Of a stretch of DNA of 34,410 nucleotides, positions 27,551-34,410 are shown one piece after another (position 1 is the stretch's first letter; the number at the start of each line of letters is the position of its first letter). This DNA comes from an uncultured virus (IMG/VR IMGVR_UViG_3300029913_001576) (lineage: Duplodnaviria; Heunggongvirae; Uroviricota; Caudoviricetes). Under the pieces are notes generated by a model, which was not told the DNA's origin, did not search any database, and worked only from the letters and a program-made list of their open reading frames with translations. The position numbers and the translations under genes are program-made. The stretch lies in IMG/VR virus record IMGVR_UViG_3300029913_001576, one strand, 5' to 3'.

Positions 27551-27944
27551 GGAACCAATCCGGGTGCTTCGCACGCATCTTCATCATCCGCCTGTTCACG
27601 GCGCGGATAGTCGTGCCTTCAAGCTGGGCTATTTCCGCGTAAGTCCAGCGTCTCTGCCAAAGCTTGCGCCATTTAAGCTCAAGGGCGGGCGTTGTGATGA
27701 CGAAGGGTCGAGCGGCCACGGGGCGGGCCGGGAAAAGGCCGTGCCTGGCCCTGTGGCGCTTGATGCGGTCCGCGAGGGTGGCGAAACGAATGCCGGAGGA
27801 GGCGCAAATCTCATTTCGGGTCAGTCTCTTCATCCAGAGACGGTGAAGGGCCATGGTCGTCACCTGGGGAGTCGCGGTCGCACTCGAACCCACGGGCATC
27901 GAGGAAACGGGCGAAACTTCAGCAGAAGCAGTCGTAGGGCGCAT
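27528..27944 (-). CDS. two-repeat GcrA-like HTH protein, paralogue of 18560..19489
   Basis: RLW...RNEIC...HGLFPAR and WRKLW...YAEIA...DWFPKR; motif 4 nt before ATG. Confidence 0.75.
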   Translation of the reverse strand: MRPTTASAEVSPVSSMPVGSSATATPQVTTMALHRLWMKRLTRNEICASSGIRFATLADRIKRHRARHGLFPARPVAARPFVITTPALELKWRKLWQRRWTYAEIAQLEGTTIRAVNRRMMKMRAKHPDWFPKRSDRA

Positions 27945-27955
27945 AGATCAAGATG

Positions 27956-27982
27956 GAGCCCCTCCCCCCGGGGGAGGGGCTC
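27956..27982. promoter_or_regulatory. 27-bp perfect inverted repeat, candidate operator
   Basis: GAGCCCCTCCCCC-C-GGGGGAGGGGCTC between divergent genes. Confidence 0.5.
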
Positions 27983-28056
27983 AAGCATCCCGGATTACTG
28001 TCGCTTAGGGCTGCGCGGTGCATCACTGTACCGTCCCAGCCCCTTCCCCACCCCCT

Positions 28057-29631
28057 ATGTCCGAAGACCCTGAATTAAGAGTCACGCAACGGGAGTTAGT
28101 CGAACTCAAGGCCGCCCTTGATGAGCACGCCATCGTCGCGATGACGGATACGGATGGGAGGATCACTTACGCGAACGACAAGTTCTGCGAAATCTCGAAG
28201 TATTCGAGGGAAGAACTGCTTGGCCAAGACCATCGGATCGTAAACTCAGGCCATCACCCGAAGGCGTTCTTCGCAGGGATGTGGGCGACCATATCCAACG
28301 GGAAGGCGTGGCATGGCGAAATCAGGAACAAGGCCAAGGACGGTTCCTTCTATTGGGTGGCGACAACCGTGGTGCCGCTCTTTGACTCGGAGGGTCGAGT
28401 CCGGAAATACGTGTCCATCCGGACCGATATAACCGAGCGCAAGCGCGCAGAGGAGCAGCATCTGGCGATTGAGCGTAAAATGCTGGAGGCTCAGAAACTG
28501 GAGAGCCTGGGTGTTCTGGCAGGCGGGGTGGCGCACGATTTCAACAACATCCTTTGCAGCGTTCTCGGAAGCGCGAGCCTGGCCGTGGAGGATTCCCCAA
28601 AGGATAGCACCGTACAGGGGCACTTAAACGTGGTGATCGAAGGGACCAAAAGGGCCGCGGACCTCTGCAAGCAGTTGCTCGCCTACTCGGGAAAGGGACG
28701 GTTCGTGGTGGAAAACATCTCTCTGAACAGGCTCGTTGAGGATACGACCCGGCTGCTGCAAATCTCGACAAGCAAGAAGGCCGTCCTGAGGTATGATCTT
28801 TACCGCGGTCTGCCTCTGATAGCAGCGGACGCCACGCAAATTCGGCAGGTGGTGATGAATCTCGTCATCAACGCGTCTGAGGCAATCGGCGAAAAAAGCG
28901 GCGTCATTAGCATCAGCACGGGGTTGACGCGTGTGGATCGCGCCTACCTGGGGGGCGCGTTCCACGCTCCCGAGCTGCCGGACGGAAATTATGTCTATCT
29001 GGAGGTGTCCGACACGGGCTGCGGTATGGACCACGAGACGCAGTCCCGCATTTTCGATCCGTTCTTCACGACGAAGTTTTCCGGGCGCGGGTTGGGGTTG
29101 GCGGCCGTGATGGGGATAGTCCGCGGGCACAAGGGTGCGCTCAAGGTGTACTCAGAACTGGGGCGTGGAACGACTTTCAAGATGCTGTTTCCTCGCGTGG
29201 AGGAAGGGGCGGAGGCGGTCCCTGCCGATGCGGAGCAAAAGATGCCCTGGCGCGGGGCCGGATGGGTCATGGTGATTGACGATGAGGAGTCGGTTCGGGG
29301 CGCGGCATCCGCGATGCTCCACCGTCTCGGCTTCGAGGTCGCCTTAGCGAAGGATGGCCCCGAGGCGATTGAGGCATGCCGCAAGGAACCCGACCGCTTC
29401 CAATTGTTCTTCTTGGACCTGACCATGCCGCACATGAGCGGTGAGAGCACATTCTCGGAACTGAGGAGGATCAATCCGGAGGCGAAGGTCGTGCTGATGA
29501 GCGGGTTCAACGAGCACGACGCGGTGGCGCAATTTGTAGGAAAGGGCCTGGCAGGGTTCCTCCCAAAACCTTTCGGGGTGCAAGATATGGGACGCGTGGC
29601 GAAGGCGGCGACCACGCACCTTCCAGACTAG
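28057..29631 (+). CDS. PAS-domain hybrid sensor histidine kinase/response regulator (CckA-like architecture)
   Basis: PAS/PAC, GGVAHDFNN H-box, NLVINA, DTGCGM, FDPFFTTK, GRGLGL and a REC domain (DDE, DLTMP, KPF). Confidence 0.95.
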   Translation: MSEDPELRVTQRELVELKAALDEHAIVAMTDTDGRITYANDKFCEISKYSREELLGQDHRIVNSGHHPKAFFAGMWATISNGKAWHGEIRNKAKDGSFYWVATTVVPLFDSEGRVRKYVSIRTDITERKRAEEQHLAIERKMLEAQKLESLGVLAGGVAHDFNNILCSVLGSASLAVEDSPKDSTVQGHLNVVIEGTKRAADLCKQLLAYSGKGRFVVENISLNRLVEDTTRLLQISTSKKAVLRYDLYRGLPLIAADATQIRQVVMNLVINASEAIGEKSGVISISTGLTRVDRAYLGGAFHAPELPDGNYVYLEVSDTGCGMDHETQSRIFDPFFTTKFSGRGLGLAAVMGIVRGHKGALKVYSELGRGTTFKMLFPRVEEGAEAVPADAEQKMPWRGAGWVMVIDDEESVRGAASAMLHRLGFEVALAKDGPEAIEACRKEPDRFQLFFLDLTMPHMSGESTFSELRRINPEAKVVLMSGFNEHDAVAQFVGKGLAGFLPKPFGVQDMGRVAKAATTHLPD

Positions 29632-29640
29632 GTCGTTCCG

Positions 29641-29871
29641 TTAGGGAGCCTGCAAGTAGGCGACATCTTTGCGGTGGAAAAGCGCTATCGCCTCGTCCCT
29701 GGTGAGCCCCACAAACTCCGACTCAGCGAAGCTGATCTCGTCGGGATAGAAGCTGAACAGCGTGGCCGAGGTGCCGTCGTCGAACGTGGCCTTTACCTCG
29801 GGCTTCGGATCTAGCATGCCCTCGGGCAACGGGCGGGGCATTGGGCCAATGATAACGGAGGTAATCTTCAT
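29641..29871 (-). CDS. small hypothetical protein
   Basis: MKITSV...FSFYPDEISF; motif 6 nt upstream. Confidence 0.75.
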   Translation of the reverse strand: MKITSVIIGPMPRPLPEGMLDPKPEVKATFDDGTSATLFSFYPDEISFAESEFVGLTRDEAIALFHRKDVAYLQAP

Positions 29872-29896
29872 ACCCCCCAAGATGGCTAGAAGCCGC

Positions 29897-30430
29897 CTAC
29901 GCCGCGACTGCCAGACCTGCGGCCGCTCCGCCCTTGGTCAAGGTGCCGGGGACAGTCAGCCCAAGCGAGAACACGACCATGCCAAGGCTAGGGTGGCGCT
30001 TGAGCAGGTCCCTCAGTCCGAAAAACTGCCCCTCGGTTATGGCCAGCGGCTTTGCCGTGCGGGAGACGACCCGTCCGCACTCGGAAGTCGCGTGGAAGCG
30101 CCCACAATCCGTCGCAACTTGGCCGACGATCATTGAGCCCCCAGAATCCCTGTCCTTGTCCCCCGGCCACATGCCGAACGGCTGGATGATCTCCCAGAAG
30201 AGGCCGCTGTTCTCCTCGCCGCCGACGGCGATCAACACGTCAATCGCCTGCTTCGCCTCGGGCACGGTCTTGAACCACGTCGCCCCGGGCATCGCGTTGC
30301 ATCCGTCCTTCACAGCGACATAGCCCTTGGTAATCTTTCGTCCGTTGACAAGGAAACCCCCATTGGGGAAATCGAGCTTCGCCTTGATGCTGTAGCCGCG
30401 ATACGGAGTGCTGAAACGGGAAGTGGGCAT
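29897..30430 (-). CDS. hypothetical protein
   Basis: Start MPTSRF at 30430, motif 25 nt upstream; contains NAMPGATWF. Confidence 0.7.
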   Translation of the reverse strand: MPTSRFSTPYRGYSIKAKLDFPNGGFLVNGRKITKGYVAVKDGCNAMPGATWFKTVPEAKQAIDVLIAVGGEENSGLFWEIIQPFGMWPGDKDRDSGGSMIVGQVATDCGRFHATSECGRVVSRTAKPLAITEGQFFGLRDLLKRHPSLGMVVFSLGLTVPGTLTKGGAAAGLAVAA

Positions 30431-30470
30431 AGGGGTGAGGGTTGAAGGTCTATGGCAAGATGGGTTGCGC

Positions 30471-30752
30471 TCAGATCGAGTCGGCGCGGAAACCGACGAA
30501 TTCAACGCGGGCTGCTGTCGCCATCTCCCTCGCCCGAGCCTCCGCAACACTCTCTTGCTTGAAGCCACCAGGGAGTCCGCGATGGGTAGTGTACCTGCCG
30601 AGTAGCACGCGTCGGCCGCCTACCATGTCGATCCTCCGATGGGTCACCACCTCGACTATCGTGAATCGGCCAGAAACCGTCGTGCGAAGACCGTAGGCCA
30701 CCAGCTTGTGGTCCCCGTCAGTCGCACGGGCACTTGGGTTGTCGGGGGTCAT
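30471..30752 (-). CDS. hypothetical protein
   Basis: 93 aa; variant motif 13 nt upstream. Confidence 0.6.
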   Translation of the reverse strand: MTPDNPSARATDGDHKLVAYGLRTTVSGRFTIVEVVTHRRIDMVGGRRVLLGRYTTHRGLPGGFKQESVAEARAREMATAARVEFVGFRADSI

Positions 30753-30798
30753 ACGAGCACGAGGTTAAGATGGCGTTTCGGGTGTACGGTGACGGCAA

Positions 30799-31080
30799 TC
30801 AAAGCTGGACGTTGCACTCCTCGGCAATCGCGTAGACGGCGTCCCCGACATCCATAGGTTTGGGAAGTGTCATGACCAAATCCGTGGTCAACTTCTGCCG
30901 GCCAGGCCGGTTGCGAGTGGCCTCGTCTGCCGCCCATGCGTCCCCGAGAGCGCCAACAGCCTTCGCAAGGGCGCGTTGAGCCGACAGCACCGCAAGGCAA
31001 TGCGTCTTGATGACCGAAGGTGCCGAAGTCTCTTCGGGCGAAACCGTGGCCTGCGACAGGTCAGAAAGTGTGGATGTCAT
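30799..31080 (-). CDS. hypothetical protein
   Basis: 93 aa; motif 30 nt upstream. Confidence 0.6.
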   Translation of the reverse strand: MTSTLSDLSQATVSPEETSAPSVIKTHCLAVLSAQRALAKAVGALGDAWAADEATRNRPGRQKLTTDLVMTLPKPMDVGDAVYAIAEECNVQL

Positions 31081-31135
31081 GGTGCGGGAGTTCGTGTAGG
31101 GTTACGTCTACAAGATGGGGCGCCCATGTACCGAG

Positions 31136-31546
31136 CTATAGGCGTGGGCGTTCTCGAACAAAGTCCTCCGGAAGCACCACATTCAGAGGCAACCGGTCCG
31201 CCGGGAAGAACGACGCGATGTCGCGAGGGGAATAGCCCGCAAGGCCGCACCCAATCCGCGTGACCAGAAACACCTTCTCGGGGTGCAGAGAGGCGTAGCC
31301 GAGGAATTCCTCGATCTGCTCCGCTATCACTTCTATCGGGAGAACCCTCATCTGCCTGTCCTTCGTTGCGATGGCGTAGCATTGACCCATAGGGCCGGTT
31401 CCTTGCCCCCTTACGGCTCCGAAGAAGAGGCGGGCCTGTAGGGCAGCCCCTTTCCCGTGCCGCCCCGCCATGTTCGACCCGAACACGAACACTTCATTGG
31501 CTTCGAGGCGTTTGACCTCGGCGGGGGTGAATCGCTCGGGGTTCAT
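31136..31546 (-). CDS. A1S_2505-family phage non-structural (macrodomain-like) protein
   Basis: EVFVFGSNMAGRHGKGAA, GQCYAIAT, FLVTRIGCGLAG; ATGA overlap with the upstream gene. Confidence 0.85.
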   Translation of the reverse strand: MNPERFTPAEVKRLEANEVFVFGSNMAGRHGKGAALQARLFFGAVRGQGTGPMGQCYAIATKDRQMRVLPIEVIAEQIEEFLGYASLHPEKVFLVTRIGCGLAGYSPRDIASFFPADRLPLNVVLPEDFVRERPRL

Positions 31547-32907
31547 GGCTGTGGCCTGCGGCCGCCGTGGCAAAGTTTCGGTAAGCCGAGAAAGTGGGCT
31601 TTGCTCACCCATCCACGTTTGGCGTAGTAGACCTGCGGGCATTTCGGCATTGTGGCGGGCCTTGGGGGCATGTTCGGGAGCCTTCCGTTCACCCACTCCA
31701 CGAAATCTTGCCATGTCCTGAACTTTAGCCGGACCACAATCGCGCGGGCCTTGGCTAGCGTCATTTGGCCGCTGCGCACGTAGCTGGCGGATGAGCCAAG
31801 AAAGTCGGCCCAGTTTACCCATCCGACATGCTCGAAAGCGTCCGAAGGGCTGCGGGGAAACTCGTCCGGGTATGCGGGAAGGTCGGGCCGCTCGCCTCGA
31901 CGGTACGCTTCCCACTCTAGGCGGGTGCGGAGGTGCAACGCCCGGACAAATTCACGGGTCTTAATGAACAGTTCCTGTGAAAATTTTAGGGGGCCGCGGG
32001 GCTCGTAACCCATCCAATGGGGCCAGCCTTTCCATTTCTTGGCGTACGCCTCCAGGCGATGCGGACACACAGGGATGTCCTTGGGCCTGGGTGGCAAATT
32101 CGGGTACTTGCCTGCGCAGTAGTCGTACCACGCCTTCGGGGAATTGAGCCCGAGTTTGCGGACAAATACTGCCGACTCGTCGAACGAGACGAACTTTTCG
32201 CGGCCAAGCCATGACTCTACCCCAGTCCACTGGCCCCTGTAATCCCGGCAATGATCCGGGCGCTTTGGGATGCCTGCGGGCAACGTGGGGAGCGACGGCA
32301 TCTTGCCCTCGCAATACGCAATCCATTCCGGGTAGGTCCGAAGGCGAAGGGTCCGCACGAACGTCTGCGCCTCCGCATATGGCATAACCGGCGCCGGCGG
32401 CGAAACCCCCAACCAATCCCCATAACCGTCGAACTCCTCCAGGTATGGAAGCGTGCTCTCGGGGCGGGCCGGAATGTCGCGTGGGCGAGGGGGTAATCCC
32501 GGGATCTCGCCCTTGCAGTATCTTTGCCACTTTCCCTTCGTCCTGATTTTTAGGGTCCGCACAAACGCACGCGCCGCCGCAAAGGGGCGCCATGCGATCC
32601 GAGTTTGCGCCTGCGCGGAGGATTTCGTTGGCAGGGAAACTGGGACCGCCCGCTCGGTTGGAACTGGCACCTCGTCCGAAAGCCCGAGCCAGTGGGGATA
32701 GCTCACCCATTGTTGGCGGTATTGCGCAACAATGTGTGGGGCTGACGGAATGTCCGCTGGCTTTGGCGGAAGGCCGGCTATCTTCCCCTGACAGTAGAGA
32801 TACCACTGGGGGAGGCTTGTCAGGTGCAGACTCTGGACGAACGCTGTGGCCGCGTCAAAATCCCTCCATGGTGAAGGCTGCGGTGTCGTCGGGGTTGAGT
32901 TTGGCAT
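31543..32907 (-). CDS. integrase-repeat-type tandem repeat protein (six units)
   Basis: Six units of F..A..FVR.L.L....W..YC.G....LP..P.DIP..P...Y...W.....WLG. Confidence 0.8.
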   Translation of the reverse strand: MPNSTPTTPQPSPWRDFDAATAFVQSLHLTSLPQWYLYCQGKIAGLPPKPADIPSAPHIVAQYRQQWVSYPHWLGLSDEVPVPTERAVPVSLPTKSSAQAQTRIAWRPFAAARAFVRTLKIRTKGKWQRYCKGEIPGLPPRPRDIPARPESTLPYLEEFDGYGDWLGVSPPAPVMPYAEAQTFVRTLRLRTYPEWIAYCEGKMPSLPTLPAGIPKRPDHCRDYRGQWTGVESWLGREKFVSFDESAVFVRKLGLNSPKAWYDYCAGKYPNLPPRPKDIPVCPHRLEAYAKKWKGWPHWMGYEPRGPLKFSQELFIKTREFVRALHLRTRLEWEAYRRGERPDLPAYPDEFPRSPSDAFEHVGWVNWADFLGSSASYVRSGQMTLAKARAIVVRLKFRTWQDFVEWVNGRLPNMPPRPATMPKCPQVYYAKRGWVSKAHFLGLPKLCHGGRRPQP

Positions 32908-33014
32908 GAATGGCAGCATTAGGAGTGCCGCAATATAACTATGGGGGCCTTCGGGGGATAAAAACACCAAGGGCGCACCCAAAAGATGCGCCCTGATGGT
33001 CAAATACTTACGGA

Positions 33015-33698
33015 TTAGTGCCGCGCCCTCTTGGACGGAGCGCCCGCCTGGCTACCCCTGGTCTGCGGCGCAACCGCCGGCCTCACGGCCCTGACCGCGC
33101 CCTGCTGGGGCGCGGTTGCCCGGCCACGGACAGGTGAGCCGTATCCGGCCCTTCCGGGGTAGAAGGGAGAGACTGCCCGACGAACACCGTACCTATACCC
33201 GTTCTCGCGGTAATATCCGTAGCTCGCATAGCCATAGCCATGTGCCAGCGAAACATCCACATACTGCGGTTGCGGGATCTCTACGAGGACAGGATACCCG
33301 TCTGGCCCGGTAGCGTACCCGACCGTCGGTTGCAGGTACGTCTCGCCCCCTGGGTATGCGGCACCGGAATCCACCGCCGGCGCCGTAGAGCAGTAAGGAG
33401 CACCCGCGACAGGCACGTAAGGCAACCGTCCGCGAACGGCCATGCCAGGACGCCCGTAACTCGCTCCGACGCCCACGTAAGCCGGTTGCTGGCCTGCCAC
33501 GGCCCCGACTACCGCGCCGATGCCTGCGCCAACAAGGGCACCCTTGCCCGTGTCGTGACCGGCCGAGTTGTGGCCGACAATGCCTCCTACTAAGGCGCCC
33601 ACTAGGGAGCCGCCAACGACTGCATTCGGGGTCTGGGAACGACCCGAGACCACGAGAGCGAATGAGAGCAATACGCCCAACAGGGGTTTCATGTTCAT
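33015..33698 (-). CDS. exported glycine-zipper protein
   Basis: Signal peptide, GSLVGALVGGIVG and GALVGAGIGAVVG; motif 5 nt upstream of ATG. Confidence 0.8.
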   Translation of the reverse strand: MNMKPLLGVLLSFALVVSGRSQTPNAVVGGSLVGALVGGIVGHNSAGHDTGKGALVGAGIGAVVGAVAGQQPAYVGVGASYGRPGMAVRGRLPYVPVAGAPYCSTAPAVDSGAAYPGGETYLQPTVGYATGPDGYPVLVEIPQPQYVDVSLAHGYGYASYGYYRENGYRYGVRRAVSPFYPGRAGYGSPVRGRATAPQQGAVRAVRPAVAPQTRGSQAGAPSKRARH

Positions 33699-33721
33699 AA
33701 TGGCAAGATGGGAGGCGGCGT

Positions 33722-34084
33722 TCAGTCGGGCTCGGGACCGAAAGCCCACGATGCGAGCCGACGCCACCACGGACGGGGGGCGGTCACGCAGACCTCCCCG
33801 TCGATCAGCAAGCGCATTCGCCCGTCATTGTAGACCCGGCAGGTGTTGTGGATGATCCTGCGGCAAGGGTCGCACGGCCCGATGTACCGCACTTCGGTGC
33901 ATTCGGGGTGGTCCGCTATCGTCCCGTGCAAGAGTTCGGCCGGTACGTGCCTGTTGCAGGCGTCACAAGAGACGTTGAATTCCTCTAGGATTTGGCCGGA
34001 AAGCTCATTCTTGTGGGGGAACACGAGCGCCGGATGCTCCTTAAAGAGCCTATCCTCCTCGATATACAAAGTCGGCTCGTTCAC
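33722..34084 (-). CDS. CxxC-containing (putative zinc-binding) hypothetical protein
   Basis: CDAC and CDPC pairs; GTG start at 34084 inferred. Confidence 0.55.
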   Translation of the reverse strand: MNEPTLYIEEDRLFKEHPALVFPHKNELSGQILEEFNVSCDACNRHVPAELLHGTIADHPECTEVRYIGPCDPCRRIIHNTCRVYNDGRMRLLIDGEVCVTAPRPWWRRLASWAFGPEPD

Positions 34085-34410
34085 GGAGCAGTCGCGGTGT
34101 TCTCCTCTGGGGAGGCCCCCCGGGGGGTGGTCAAATTTGGGGTTCCAAGTCGCCTGGCGAGGGCGGGAGCAATCGACCCACCGTGGCCAGCCAGGAGGTC
34201 GGCAAGCCGACTCCACTCGGTCGGGTTTGGCGTCGCCGCGAGCGCCCGGCATGCTCCGTTGAGCCGCCGGCGGATGTCTGCGCATTGCAAGAGGCCGCGG
34301 GGCATCTGGAATCGCCCCAGTTCTTCACCGTCGGCCGCTTCGAGGATGAGGGCCTGTCCAACACGTGCCTGCCTGAACGGTTTCTCGCAACCTAACGTAG
34401 GCGCGGAAGT

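Larger units (their letters stand above)
2149..33712 (-). promoter_or_regulatory. dispersed gene-start motif CCATCTTG (putative extended -10 promoter element), about 30 copies
   Basis: CAAGATGG on + begins at 2149, 2861, 4569, 5639, 6337, 7100, 7567, 8382, 9282, 9789, 13240, 13609, 17592, 18527, 19494, 20593, 21854, 22780, 24581, 26651, 27160, 27949, 29878, 30456, 31111 and 33704. Variants: TAAGATGG at 3652, 17151, 30766; AAAGATGG at 10610. The motif is certain, the promoter role is inferred. Confidence 0.8.

Noticed and set aside
28246..29615. Minus-strand ORFs within the kinase
   Set aside because: Antisense shadows of the clear plus-strand histidine kinase.
32971..32993. Hairpin GGGCGCA-N9-TGCGCCC after the glycine-zipper gene
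   Set aside because: No convincing U-tract; cannot be called a terminator or operator from sequence alone.
2149..33712. Repeated motif as CRISPR repeats or integron attC sites
   Set aside because: Only 8-9 bp are conserved, spacing is gene-sized and irregular, and I saw no attC-like R/L inverted boxes, cas genes or IntI-length integrase.

Overview
GC-rich, densely coding window of about 60 mostly short genes, nearly all on the minus strand. It reads as part of a large phage or other large mobile element. C-rich leaders without Shine-Dalgarno sites and the cargo hint weakly at a Verrucomicrobiota/Opitutae-like host (inference only). Recognisable products: thioredoxin-fold protein, histidine phosphatase, short tyrosine recombinase, GT-C-like membrane protein, metallophosphoesterase, ribbon-helix-helix protein, two paralogous tandem GcrA-like HTH proteins, S24/S26-like peptidase, C5 DNA methyltransferase, class II ribonucleotide reductase, PAS hybrid histidine kinase, A1S_2505-like protein, integrase-repeat protein and glycine-zipper protein. 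The strongest unexplained signal is the motif CCATCTTG (CAAGATGG on +). I counted 26 exact and 4 one-mismatch copies by eye on the coding strand, each just upstream of a gene start, 18 of them exactly 4 nt before ATG. Other signals: a CCCATA(C/A/G)T variant class, a shared C-terminal LRxLPTP tail on otherwise unrelated proteins, C6G6 palindromes upstream of the HTH-repeat paralogues, and a candidate structured ncRNA. Many starts were moved downstream of the ORF track using the motif. No structural phage genes, tRNA, rRNA or CRISPR array were seen.
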